This document shows, one piece after another, positions 1-13,439 of a stretch of DNA of 64,000 nt. A program made the position numbers and the translations under genes. Source of the stretch: Camelus ferus (Eukaryota); the NCBI RefSeq assembly GCF_009834535.1, contig NC_045697.1:94118001-94182000 (forward strand), given 5' to 3'. Below the pieces are notes generated by a model. That model saw only the letters and a program-made list of their open reading frames with translations. It was not told the origin of the DNA and searched no databases. Positions within the stretch are counted from its first letter, which is position 1. Each line of letters begins with the position of its first letter.

Positions 1-1634
1 TCTCAATTTTCAGTTCTCCGTTCCTCTTCTCCTCCCTACCTCGCCAAAAAGTGCCCATCACTTCTGGATTAATCTTCTATTGGCTTTTAAAAAAACTGTT
101 CTTAACAGATAAAAAAAATGTATTAACTTTTAGTGAATTTTAGTTGTGGGAATTACTTCTAATTTTCTTTTTTGAAAGAGTTTGCTTTTCCATCCAACCC
201 TCTACAGGACATACAGCCTCTTATATGCAGATTGGTATAATTACACTTTGAAATAGCTTTGAATTCCCTGTAGCTGAAACTGAGAACATGAAAGGCCAAA
301 TGTTATATCAAACTGAAGGATATAAAGGTGCACGCACGTCAATCCAAAATGAGATATAGAAATGAACAGCTCTTTACACAGTGGTTCAGTTTTTGACAGA
401 TTATTGAAGGATCCTTATAACTGCCGAGACTGCCTTGGGTTGGATGAAAACTCTGCCTGGGGATAACCTTATCAGTTTGTATTTTTTATTCTTTCGATAC
501 CAAAAGGTGAGTAGATGTTAAGTGAAACGAGAGAAATACTCTCTGACAAAAGCTTTAAGTCTCTTCCCCAAAGATGACACCTGGCCCCAAATTGTAAAAC
601 ACAGTGCGATCTGATGATGGGATCATCTACCCAATCTGTCAGGCTACGGGTGGCAGCCTAGATGAGGAGGTTGCATTTTAGGAAGTTGACAGAGATCCCA
701 CGTGGCAATCTTCAACTCCGAGAGATCACAGTGACAGAAAAGGGCCTCTTCTGCTCTGGAGGAGAGTTTATTGTGCCAGTGACAGACCCATCAGGAGGAT
801 TTAAAGCACCCACATTCTTTCTTATTGCCAACAGGAAGATAAAAGAAACACAGTGGATTTTTGTATGTTTAAAACCTTGAAATTAACACTATTTATTTAA
901 AAACAGATTAAAACCCCCCCAACTTTATGCTGAAAGAGTATGTCCTGTGAACATTTACTACATCCTCTGCTTTAAGTAAATTACCTCTTAGAATTGTTCT
1001 TTTGTATCAAGCATGAATAAAATTTTTTTTCCTACCTAAAAGGCATATCGTCTCCTGAAATTATAATACAAGCAAAAGAATAGAATATCCACTCTATTTG
1101 CTTTGTCAAGCAGAAAGGAATACATCTCAAAACTGAAAACAAAAAGGCCCTAAAATTCTGGTGCTTCTAGAATGTGCAGATATTAAGGAGGTATAATTGA
1201 AATCAGAGCAAGAGGGGCATAAAACTTTTTAAACAAAGTTTACACTTTGAAATTGATACTGATTAAAGTAGAAGTGAGTAGGTGATGCGTATAATATTTA
1301 TGTATTCAGCCTAGGCTAGGACATTTTGCCGTGTTTGGCACTTTGCAGAGCACACCACTTATTAATTTGCAAAGTATGTATAGAAGGAAATGATGATAAC
1401 TCAAGTAGTAGTTAAGAAAAACATAATTATTAATTAGCTCTGACACTGCAATAAGAAATCTACTAAAATGCCTCTTTTCTGAAATAATCAGCAAGGATTT
1501 GAAAAAAATTCAAAGGCTTTAAACATATAACTCAATGCATACATCGGGCTGGTATCACTCCCCCTTAACTTTCATACTATGGGAAATTGATGGACAATAT
1601 GGAAGAATAGCACGGTGATTCTGAAATTGTTTCA

Positions 1635-1736
1635 AGCTGGATTTTATTTTAGCTCTACTACTTAAAATGATGTGACCCTGGTCAAGTTTTGCAGTTAACT
1701 TGGAGACGCAAATCAGTTCTCATATCTAAATTAGGG
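1635..1736 (+). mobile_element. MIR SINE fragment (core region)
   Basis: agctctactacttaaaatgatgtgaccctggtcaagtt...cagttctcatatctaaattaggg resembles the MIR core (gctctgccacttactagctgtgtgaccttgggcaagtt...cagtttcctcatctgtaaaatggg); boundaries approximate. Confidence 0.55.
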
Positions 1737-2155
1737 TCATGAAATGAATTTTAGTTGGAAAAGATGTCAAACAAAACAATCTCCAGCTTATAGAGAGAAT
1801 CTTTTACAGAGAGATTTGGAAAGGGGGACATACGCATCCCATAACTTCACGTGAAATTTCCTGGTCAGGGAAACTTTTGGGTAGAAATAAAAAACAAGCA
1901 ATACTCCCCCACTCCACCCCCACCCACAACACTCTGAACAGACTACAAAAATGCTTCTAGTTATTAGTGATGGGTAATAGTAGCTTCTAAGTTACACTGG
2001 CAGGTGTTGTTACAAGAAATCTTCTCTTGACATAGATGATAAAAAAGCATCTCTACTATGATTTATATACAATTCCAAACTCTAGGACAAACCAAGATAA
2101 GCATATTGGACTCACATTAAAATCCAAACCATAATAGTTCTAAAGTTACAGTGAA

Positions 2156-2341
2156 AGCTAATGTTTATTGAGTTTTCCATCTGTGACAAGTACTGTGTTG
2201 GTTATCACAAAACTTATATAGAAAGATGATATTTTAAACCCATTTTCAGATTATGAACTAAGAGAAGCATAATTCTTAATTGCAAGGCTAGTGAGTGTTG
2301 GGAGATAACGTCTGCCTTCAGGACCCCTGTTGCTAGCTACC
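2156..2341 (-). mobile_element. MIR SINE fragment
   Basis: agctaatgtttattgag...cccattttcagattatgaactaagag resembles reverse-complement MIR (cccattttacagatgaggaaactgagg). Confidence 0.5.
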
Positions 2342-2627
2342 TTAAATAGTATGGGAATAAGATCAAATAAAATGAGGCAATTAAGCAAATAATGCTTCAT
2401 TAGAAATATGCAAAATAGAAAGATCTATTATATACTGAATTTTAAAGAGAAACTGTTTTTATATCCATAAATTCCTCTCTCATTTAAAAGGCATAGCCTT
2501 GTGGTTTAAACAAAGCTTATGGTGCAAGTATTAGAAATGATAACAAAAATTAAAATTTCTATTGTAGCTTGTATGCTTTTCCTGACATCTTCAGGCTATA
2601 ATAGTATATCTCACATTATACTGAGCA

Positions 2628-2655
2628 TGTGTGTGTGTGTGTGTGTCTGTGTGTG
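2628..2655. repeat. (TG)n microsatellite, interrupted
   Basis: directly visible tgtgtg...tctgtgtgtg. Confidence 0.9.
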
Positions 2656-3064
2656 CATGTGCAAAATGAGATAGGGACTGGATGGTCACAATATTGAAGG
2701 CAAATAAGATAGTGTAGAACAGTGTACATTGGAGTAAGATGGAGTTTAGAGAGATCTTTGTCTAAAATTCTAAAGTACTCTTCACGAACCCTTGCTTAGT
2801 TTCGTCAGATTGAAAGTGGAGAGAAAGGGAGAGGTAGAGGATTTTTCATTTTCCAATGGACATTCAGCCTCGTATGCCCAACAATCGACTATGAAAATCC
2901 TTTTTTTCCCCTACAAACTTACATTTCAAAAATGAGAGTTTGGAGGCATATAATTTGGGAAATGTTGATTTACCATTTCACATACTTTGCAGAAGAGGAA
3001 AATTAAGCCTTGAGGGGTATGACTTAAACTCACATTGCAGACTAGAAGCAGAAGTGAACTATAC

Positions 3065-3320
3065 ACAGACAGTGCATTTTGTATATATGTCAAACTCAGG
3101 TTATGACATTAGATGGCCTGGGTTAAAATCCACTTTATAATACTTTAAATCTGTGTGACTTTTGAAAACTCACTTAACCAATCTGTTTTTAATTTTCTTC
3201 TTTGTAATTTGCAACTAATGACTAACTTCCCCCACTGAATTATTTGCACATTCTGTGCTTTAATTCATATGAAATTTGTATTATTGAACATACAGTAAGT
3301 GTAAAATACATTTTTATTAT
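3065..3320 (+). mobile_element. MIR SINE, near full length, diverged
   Basis: agatggcctgggttaaaatcc...ctgtgtgacttttgaaaactcacttaacc...catacagtaagtgtaaaatacatttttattat follows the MIR layout. Confidence 0.6.
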
Positions 3321-4664
3321 TTTGATTGTAGTATGTTGTATACATTTAGATGGATTACAGAAGAAGTGAGAAAAATCATTACAAGGCGTTTTGTGCTACA
3401 AATTCTACATACTTCTTTTTCCTGAAGTTTGCAAACAGAGGTTAAGATCTAATTTGTGTGCTGCTAGGAGGAAGGAGACTCCTGTTGAAACTTCACTTAA
3501 GAAAAACAAACATTTGGACACTATCGTAAAAGAACAGCTTGTCTGGCATATCAGGAATAATTAAAATGGCAACATGGGCTTTGAAATCCATGGATATGGG
3601 TTCTAATTTTGGCTAAATCATTCCCTGGATCATTGGTGAGGAGGCAAACACCGACCCTTGGAGGATTAAATAAGTCCTTCTGTAAATAGTAATTTTTAAT
3701 AACATCTGAAAGACATATTTCCTGATTCTCATCACCATACTTATGGCAATGATATATTTTCTAGAAGTCAAAATTAATCAGACTATTTATCATGGACTTA
3801 ATCATGTCAGTGATTTTTACATTTTCTATTTGAAGACTTTTTGGAGAACAATATTGAAAAGAAGGGGATGGATTGTTAAATCTATATGAAGATAGCACAA
3901 ATGGTGTACCAGTTTAAGAATTTTTAACAGTAAGAAAGAACCCAAAGTGATTAAAATTATGACAATGGTAAAGCACCTTAAAAATCTCCTTTTCACACAC
4001 ATTTTATTTTTTCAGGAATATAGTGTTTATCTTAACCTGTCCAACCTTCTGCTTCTCACATCAGATGACAGTACAGATTTGATGTCAGTTATGTCAGTGA
4101 ATGAAAGCCATATCTGAAGTTTATCCAACTCTGTCTTGAATATTCATATAGAGGAGCTTTAGCTGAGTGTTCTATTTGTAACAATATTGACTTTTACAAA
4201 ATTATTTTCTATTGTCAACATATACAATTTCAACCATTTGTAGAACAAATTGTCTTTATGTGGTATACAGGGAACCTGGGAATGCATTCATGACATTATG
4301 TCTATAAAAAAATGCCCTGTTTTAAAAATTCATCTTAAGTAAAGAAATTATTTGTAAGCTGGGGACTGTTGAACAGTAATGTTCTTCAACCATGTCTTTT
4401 GGATAGCACAAATGAAAATAAAACTAAATGCTTTTTCTTTCTCTTTCTGCATACATAGATAAAACACATTTTATTGATATGAGTGTTCGAGAAAATTGTT
4501 TTGGAGGGTAATTTCTTTTACAGAGAAAGTCACTGAATATGGGCATATAATTTATTTTTGTTTTACACATCAAAATGTTTGAACTCTACTGATTTTTAAG
4601 ATCAGAAATTAAAATTAAAAAAACACGTTTTTAAAAAGTTTAGAACATATTCACCAATATAAAA

Positions 4665-4815
4665 TATTTATATACGTTTACATATGTTTACATAGCATAT
4701 ATATTGAGTGTATGAGTATGTGTATATACACACAAACATATAAATACAAACACACATATGTTTATGTATATATATTTAGTGTACATACATGTATATGCAC
4801 ACATATATATATAAT
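4665..4815. repeat. degenerate (TA)n/(CA)n/(TG)n low-complexity tract
   Basis: alternating purine-pyrimidine runs visible. Confidence 0.75.
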
Positions 4816-5419
4816 TTAATAAACATTTCACCAAATGATCTAAAAGTTTATCACCATCCTTCAGAAATGTTGTGACAAACAATGCCATCTGTTTAAAAAC
4901 AGATTATTAGTAATTAATTTGCATGTAATCAAGGCCAATAAGGGTCTATTTAAGACACTGATAAATTGTATTCATTACTTATTCTTAATTAAAAAGGGAG
5001 AGAAAGAAATTAGTGTAAGCATTGGAGGGAACAATGATGTTTTTCCCCCTTGCTAATAGAAAGCCTTTAACATGATATGCCTGAGTAATATTTGATGTGT
5101 ACAGTTACCAGTAAGAGCAGATTATGTAACTATTTCTTCATGTTTGAATAGTTCATGCAGAGTAAGTATGTGTAAATTCTCATTTTAAGAGACAAGGGAT
5201 ATAAAGACATAAAATTAGATTTAAGAAAAGGAAGTTTGTTCTGAGAAATGTTTTTCAGTAAATTTGAGAATCTGACTACATTGTCTTCCATAGTTTGTTA
5301 AATTTCGTCAAATCAGTTATCACATAGACTAAATATTGCTCTGTAGTCTCAGTGCAGTCTACTTTCTGTTCCTTTCCCTCCCAATGTTAAATTCTAACTC
5401 CTTGCTTCAAGACTGAAAT

Positions 5420-6027
5420 CCAGGCTTGCCCCTCCACACACACACCATTCAGTGGTTGATCTTGCTTCCTAGTTTAGAGAAATAATTTAAGCATAATAAG
5501 GAATCTTACAACTTCTAAGAGTCTCAAAATCTCCATATCATTGGCTCCTATCCTTACATCTTCAAAGGAAACATTTTTGTCACTGTTTGTATAAGTCGGG
5601 TCTGCTGTGATTACAAGCCGCAGAATGTCAGTCTACGTTAGCTGAAGAGAAAAGGGCCACTTTGGCTCAGGTAACTGAAAGTTCTACGCGTGGGTCTATT
5701 CAAAGATCCAAATGTGAAAACTCTTTCCAAGGCAGATCTAGTCACCTATGATTTTAATCTCATTTCTTCCTGCCTGCCACCTTGGACATCTTTCCCTATC
5801 AACTACTTCCTTTGCCTCCTTGCCAATATTTTTTCCTCAGTATATCAGCATGTTCAAATGGTCCTAACTTAAAAAATATATCCTTCCATACCTAGATTCG
5901 TTTATATGTGTAATCTCTCACTTTGTCTCAACATATCTCAACTCAACCACTCAGGTATACCTTTATTTCAATCTTCATTTTCTAAGGCCAGCTCCTCAAA
6001 TTCAGTATGTCTGAAAATTAAAGTCTC
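5420..6027 (+). mobile_element. L2 LINE fragments (ORF2-derived), interrupted by a probable old LTR piece at about 5588-5690
   Basis: gatcttgcttcctagtttagagaaataat, ccaaggcagatctagtcacctatg...catgttcaaatggtcctaacttaaaaaa and ctcaaattcagtatgtctgaaaattaaag resemble successive L2 consensus segments. Confidence 0.5.
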
Positions 6028-9000
6028 ACGTCGAAACCTACAGAACTTGTCCAGGTGCTACTGATTCACCTCTGCCACAGAAGTGATGCAGGTAGCCTCC
6101 AAGCCAGCACCCTTCACAATCCAATCTCTGAGTAGCCTTGGCTTCCGGCTCTGCTCTGCATCTCTAAGAGCCCTTCAGTCTTCACTTCCAACTCAGATGG
6201 GCCTTGGCCTCCTCTTACTGAGGTCATGAAGTCTCAACATAATATAACGTCCTCAGACTTGGAAGACTGAGCCACGTGTTGGGGGAGGGTGTGGTGGCAG
6301 AAGGAGAGACAAGATCTTTAGATATTGGGCGAGCATCTCAACTACTGGTGTTCTGCTTGTATCATTTTATATCTTAGAGACCAAACAATATTTGAAAAGA
6401 TTTTCACTTCTAAAAAATATTTAAACAACCATTGTTTTGCTAGATAAAATACAAACAGCTTCAGTTCATCTTCTGACCGATGAATTCAACCTTCCTTTTC
6501 CCCAAGTTTGCCTTGAATTTTTCAGTCTAGGAACCCTGAATAGTATTTCCCCCTGCATAACCCTCTTTCAACCCCGTTGCCCCTTGCACTTGGCATTCAT
6601 TTTGTGTGGACCATCCTCAGTCACTTTTTTTTGTCTGGAGGACACCTTTTCATCCTTCACTCCTCAATGGCGCAAACTGCTTATTTTTATCTGACATCTT
6701 TGACTTCTGTAGATAGATGTCTACACTTCTTTTACTTGATCCTCCTCCACTTCTCCTGGAAGCGATTTGAAAATGAATCACAGGATGACATTTGCCTTCA
6801 TGGTCTTTATAATCTGGAGACATCTGAGAATTACGTACAAAATGCTTAGGAATGAAAAGGACAACATACAAGCATCGTCTAAGATATGCTTCTGAGGTAA
6901 GAGATTATTCAGTGAAGTCTATGTAAAGTTTACTGGAGAGACTTCTCTATAGAGATTAGTTTAAGTAGCAATTAGAGAAGACAATGAAGCTGAACTGTTT
7001 GAGTAGATTGTCTCTATTATAATCGATCAGTAATAATCTGTATGTTCTTTATAAATGTTGTGGTGGAGATTTCACTTTATTTTGTTGATGCCATAATGCC
7101 TACACAATGCATATTAAAGTAGTATGTTGACAAATGAACAATTTAATACAACAACCATGGAGGAATTTTTAATTGCTATAGGAATAGTTATTTTTTTTTT
7201 TTTTGCTGAATGTATCAGTTATCACCTTATCTATATATTGTCATCAAACTAAAGCCTAAACTTTCATGAATATTGAAATAGAAGGCATTTTGAGTTTTTT
7301 CCCCATGTTTATCTAAATAACTTGGAAAAGATTTTTCTGTTTTCAGGGTTTAGTTTGCCAGTAGTGTTATCAGTCTCAGGAACTCCAAAGAAGTCATTTT
7401 TTTTCTTCCCAGGAATTTAGCAATATGCACAGTACTTAGTACAGTTAGTTTAATAAATTAGTATACTTAGTATAAATAAATATAAGTTAAAAGGCTTTAT
7501 GAATGAAGCTATTCAATTCAGATTGATGTTCTGCCTTAATCAGAGAAGTAATGTAATTTTTTTTCCTGGAATGCTGTAGAAGCAGAGACAAATTGATTTG
7601 GGAACAGAAGGGATATTTGGATAACTTTTCAACTCTTTGTGATTTTTGTCTTCATAGTGTAACTTAATTGCTTATAATGAAATGATGTGAATTCTTTGAA
7701 GAATTCATGTATTCTGTAGAGAAAATTGTACATACATATGATAGCTTTCAAAAAAAAGTTCACTATTTAAAATTTTTATGTTATATTTTAATGTTTACAA
7801 GAAATATTTGTCTGTTTTTGCTGTGGAATCTGCATTTTTAATTTAGATGTATCTTATTTTCTTTGGCATTTCTCCATTTCTTAATGCAGTGTCATTTTTT
7901 TTCTAAATATGATTATTTAATTTAATCACACTGAGAAAACTGGCTTCAAGCAAGAAATTCCTATGGGATATCTTTTCTCTTTAAAACAGGAGAAACTTGA
8001 ACTGACACAACAGCTTTAGGTGTAGAAGCATAAGGATCAGTAAATCCCCATTGTACTCAGTTGATTAAAATGATAGTTGGGAAAAGCAAATAGTAGCAGC
8101 CTCTCTAGAGTGATATAGTAAAAATAATGTTTCTCACTAAAGGGACTTTCTAGTATTCATTCCGTGAGATTTCTTAAACAAACTGGTGTTCAATGCTTGG
8201 CTTTGCCAATTTCCAACTTTGTAACAGCGGATAATCTCTCAGCCTCAGAGGTCCCACGGGTAAACCTGGATTTGTAATACTTTCCCTAAGCATTGTTATA
8301 TGGAAAAACTATAAAGTAATAATAATTGGTAGAGTTTTTATTGTTTCTAGGATGGTGATTTTTAAGTGAGCCATCACATCAGGGTCTGAGCAAAGACCAT
8401 GGGACACAATGACTGTTCAGAACCTCATATTCTAATGTTCCTATTACACACAGATTTTCCACTGTTTTGAAAAATACTGTGATGTGAATGGACCAAGACA
8501 GAATTGTCTTCATCTGGTCTGGAGCTTTCACTTTCTCCTTATAACAGACAGAGCAGAATAACATCCTTTGCCTTGAAACCAATACTTAGGTAAGTGAGCT
8601 TGCAGTACATTCAAAGAGGGATTGTGTTCTTCATTCAGTCATCACGTATATCCTTGTGTTCCAGACTCTGTTTAAAAGCCAGTGATCATAACTGAGCTTT
8701 ATATAGTCTCTGAACTATAACTGAGGCAGAACGGCATCAGAACATTCAGCTGTGAGGATAAGAATAAGGTCAACACCCCCAGATTAAAGTACATTGCAGT
8801 AGACAGTAAGGAAAAATTGTAAAATATATAGAGAGGTAATCTAAAATTCCCAGGAATTTACTTCACTTTTAACTTTTCTCAAAAGTATTTCATCTGTGAT
8901 TGCTTACCTGTAATTTATACCTCATACGTATTTGAGGAATTCTCCATAACCATGATACTCACTAACGTTTGTTGAACATTAACTATTTCCCAATCACTGT

Positions 9001-9083
9001 GTTAAACAATTTACATTACATTTCATTCTTACAACACACCCTCTTGGTCAAATTACCATGAGAAAGAAGAAATTCCCTTGAGC

Positions 9084-9592
9084 TGCTGATAAAAGAAATT
9101 TTCACATATGGGGAAGTCATTCCGGCTCTTACATAAGTTAACTTGACTTTTTTGCTAACTGAAACAGCCTGCTTGCGGCCTGTCAAACATACATTGTACA
9201 TCTGCTTTAATTATTAAAGAAAAGGGCATGTTGACCAGAGTAAAGAACGTCTAGGTGAAAAATAAAGATTAAATGCTCCTCTTCATCGGACGTCGAAGCT
9301 GGTACTCCTTTGACGGTGAGACCCCCCCCTTCCCGGACGCCAAGGCCACACTGTGTGTGCTGTACGTGGACGTGCTGTTCTGTTGTCTTTGAAGCCTTGA
9401 GGAAATGTATCCCTGACTTGTTGAATGTTCTTTGTTCCGAAAGGATATAAAACTGTGCTGAAAACCTTGCTCCTTGAGAGAAATCTCCCGGAGTAATCTG
9501 GGAAGCGGGCTTCCAGGCTAGCCCTCAGTTTGGCTCAAATAAAACCTTTTCTGTTCTTCTTATTGATTGTTTATTGATTATGTTCATCGACA
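9084..9592 (+). mobile_element. ERV-type solo LTR, lineage-specific, about 510 bp
   Basis: TG...CA termini with imperfect terminal inverted repeat (tgctgataaa / ttcatcgaca), TATAAAA at 9446-9452, AATAAA at 9538-9543, many retained CpGs; the 5' boundary could alternatively be tgttga at 9229; no clean TSD. Confidence 0.75.
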
Positions 9593-11129
9593 CTATTTTT
9601 TGTAGAAAGGAATTTATTACAAATTATTAAATATCTCACACAATCCTGGATAGAGTTAAAGAAAGAGAGATCTCTGAGATTTTAGGAATTCTTTTAAAGA
9701 CATGCAGCAGAACCGTGTTCCTAAGGGAACTACTGTCTTCTCTGTGTTCAGTAGGTGCCTCAACACAACATTGTCATCGTCAGGGAACTGCTGTGACGAG
9801 GACGCCACCGCTACTTTGGATAAACTTTCATCAGCAAAAAGCTCTCTAAACTATTGATTTCTATATCAACAAATTAACACATCCTTTTGTGTTTACAACG
9901 TACATGTTGGACATAAGGCCACTAAAGAAGAACCTCTCCTCTGATTAGAGAAGGAGAGTGTACTAATTACTTCTTATTCTCTAAAAACTGGAAAAATATG
10001 TTTCTTGAGCACATTCTTCAGTTTGAGTTTTGCTGTGAGCTCCACAGTAGACCAGCCATCCTTTGAGTCTGAAATCAAGTCTAAAACTGAGCAAAATATG
10101 ATTAGCCTGGTGAAGTTTATTATTAAACTATATAGGGAACAAATGCTGACTTTATTTTCCCATCAAGGCAAGTTAAGCATCAGTGGTAATTGATCTACAT
10201 ACATAAAATGCTAAAAGAAACTTCTGACAATGATGAATTCATTGTTTCGCTTAATAGTTAACAGTGGTTCTTCAGAGACAATTTTTTTTTAAATGTATTT
10301 CTCTGTCATGTATTTGTATATTACAGGTAACTTAGAGCATCAACGTCATTTCACTCATACACATTAAACAGTACAACTTTGATATCTTTCATTATTTGCT
10401 ATAAAAGTATGCTGGGCCATCTAATGAGTTATAGACCAAAGTACGTGTTCAACAAGGAAGACTGCTGAAATCTCTTATGTAAATCTGACCCAGATATTGT
10501 GTTTTTCATTTCATATCCACCAAATTTTTTTAAGTTTTCAGACATTGTATCAGACTACATATTCTTGGCAAATAACATGATGGAATATATAAGGCTTCTA
10601 ATATATACAAGCATTTGCGAGAGAAACAGTGCTGAAACATTGATTAATAGCTTGATGTGCTTTCAAATTAACATTTTTTTTTTTTATTCAGCAGACATTG
10701 TTAGAAATTTACTAAAGATTTTGGTAGCGGGGCGGGAAGCAGAATGTTTTGTATTATATAGTATGCTTGAGTTCTTTGAAAACCTCCACTAAATATGTCT
10801 CTTTTATACCTCTTTCTACTCTGCCTTCCAGCCTCTGTGTCTCTGGTCACTGCTTTTCTCCCGAGCTCAGTGCTCTCTGTGTGGGTATCCCTTTCCTGGA
10901 TTTTTTTAATAAGGATGCAGATTTAGCTTGTGATCTTCTGTGTTTTATTGTAATTAATTCTCCGTAGTAGTTTTTGGGATTGCAGGGGTCTTCTTTTATC
11001 GTAACATTAGTTTGCTTGTTAAAATTATAAGAAAGTTTCAAAGGTTCAAGGTTGGCACTTAAAAATAATGAGTTTCATAATACACAGCTTTAGAAATCTA
11101 TCCATTTATGTTGCCCAAGTAAAAACTGA

Positions 11130-12335
11130 AATAAGTAGAGTCAACTGGATACACTCTTGCCTCACATCATACACAAAAGTCAATTATAGATTAATTGCAT
11201 ATTTTAAAAGAAAATGTGCAGTATCTTTGTGACTTTGGAGTAAGTAGGATTTCTTAGACATAACTAATGATAAGTGAAAATAATAATTTGCACTGCATTA
11301 AAAATAAGAACTTCTGCCTTCATGAGGCACTACACGGGGTGAAAAAGCAACCCACAGAAGAAAGATGACTTTACAGCACATGTATTCAAATAAAGGACTT
11401 TTATCCAAACTAAATAAAAAGAACTCTTACAAATTAACAGTAAAAAGACATAAGCCCAGTGGAAATATGGGCGAAAGTTTTCAGCAGACACTTAACAGAA
11501 GAAGAAATTCAAATAACCAATAATGGTAAACATATAAAAATGTGCTAAATATACTGGTCATCAGATAAATGCAAATTAAGACCAAAATCAGATACACTAT
11601 ATACTCACTATAATGGCTGACATGAAAAACAGACAATACAAGTTTTTGAGCAGCGTGTGGAGCAAAGAGGCCTCTCATATGGTATGGAAAAATGGCCCAT
11701 ATCTACCAAAGAACATATACATATTTTAAGACCAATCCATTCCAAAGTAGTGTTTACATGATTTCACCAAAAGACATGTTTGAGAATATTTCTAGTGTAG
11801 TAAGCATTCATTCACACAAACAGAAAGCTAACAAAAATGGAACAAAAAAACAACCAAACAGATAACTCTCATAAAGCAAATAGGCAAATAAACAAACAAA
11901 ATAAAGCTACTCAAATGGCCAGCAAAAGTAGATGGACAAATGCATTTTAGTCTTAGCTATACAATGGAATGTTACATAGCAATGAGAATGAATAATCTAC
12001 AATGACATGTTCTAACGTGTGCAAATCTCCTAAACAAAAGTTGAGCTAAAAAAAAATCTGACACAAAAATGTACACATTGTATAATTCTGTCTTTTATAG
12101 AATATCAAAAGAGGCAAAGTAACATACTGTGTTAGAGTTCAGGTTAATGGTTATTAAGCATTTGCTGTGTAGCACCTGAAAGGCAATCAGGAGGGGTACC
12201 AGAAAGCTGGTATAATTTTGTTGCTTAATCCAAGTGCTGATTATTCAGGCGTGTTTAGTTTGTGAGCAATACTATGATTGTGACATGTGCAATCTTCTAT
12301 ATGCAGTTTAAATTTCAGCCAAATGTTAAAGAAAC
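11130..12335 (+). mobile_element. old L1 (L1M-type) ORF2 3' end plus 3'UTR, degenerate
   Basis: ctcacatcatacacaaaagtcaatt, catcagataaatgcaaattaagaccaaaatcagatacactatatactcac and atacaatggaatgttacatagcaatgagaatgaa are characteristic L1 3' segments. Confidence 0.85.
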
Positions 12336-13075
12336 TGGAAAGAACACAATTATTCAATAGGCACATACAAATAAAAAGGCTCTTTCTTGCTGGAGAATTT
12401 TTTGTGGGGATAAACTGCATCTAATGCACAAACAGGTAGTAGCCAAGAGAATTCAGAAAAGCCCACGGCAGAGCTAACCCATTTGTGCATGAAATACCAT
12501 GGACCATGGAGGTACAAATGCAGCTGTTACCACGTAACTCTAAATTAGAAATATCCCTCCTTAAGTAGAGGGGTATTTTCTGCCATATTAAAGGAACGAT
12601 GCATGCCACTCCTCCCAACTCAATAATGTTCACTGCTAGTTATCATTTTAGATGTTTTAAATGACCGGAAATGGTAAGTTAAGAGTGGAGGGGCTGTTTC
12701 TGATGGAGTGATGTGACTGACAAGTTGTATTCTCTTTGTTTTGCACCAGGTAGTCATATTCAATTGTGCTGTCGATTTAAGCTCTGTGTTGTAGGTATAA
12801 CACGCTCCAGAATCTGTGTGTGTGTGTGCCAGAAACAGCGCATTTTCTGGATTCTGAAATTAAATTGCATCTGGCTCTACTATCACACTTTCCAGAGTGG
12901 AGAGGTGTCCAACTAATGCGGACCTTCCTCTTTTCCTGCTGTTCTTCTTTAGACAAAAACAGTAAGTTGTGTACATACACTGAGATCAGCAGAAAAACAT
13001 TTATACATAACAGAAATTTTTCTATTGCTCTAAGAGTCCATATATCTTAATTGCTGAATCTAGCATGCACTTTAT

Positions 13076-13345
13076 TTATTTATTTATTTTTAATTTTTTA
13101 TTGATTTATAACCATTTTACAATGTTGTGTCAAATTCCAGTGTAGAGCACAATTTTTCAGTCATACATGAGCATATATATATTCATTGTCACATTTTTTT
13201 CTCTGTGAGCTACCATGAGATCTTGTGTATCTTTCCCTGTGCTATACAGTATAATCTTGTTTATCTGTTCTACAATTTTGAAATCCCGTCTATCCCTTCA
13301 CACTCTCCGCCCCCTTGGCAACCACAAGTTTGTGTTCTGTGTCTA
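13076..13345 (-). mobile_element. young 5'-truncated L1 3'UTR (camelid-type) with perfect 15-bp TSD
   Basis: (TTTA)n tail then ttttattgatttataaccattttacaatgttgtgtcaaattccagtgtagagcacaatttttcagtcatacatg...ccccttggcaaccacaagtttg; TSD tagcatgcactttat at 13061-13075 and 13346-13360. Confidence 0.92.
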
Positions 13346-13439
13346 TAGCATGCACTTTATATTTGTTTTCTAACTTGATATTTTGGTGGCATTTAAAATA
13401 TTTGCTTACCAGATATTTACTTGTCCTTTTAATTGTAGT

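Noticed and set aside
12548..12580. Imperfect inverted repeat gaaatatccctc...gaggggtattttc as a miRNA or terminator
   Set aside because: Stem too short for a pre-miRNA, and intrinsic terminators do not apply to mammalian DNA
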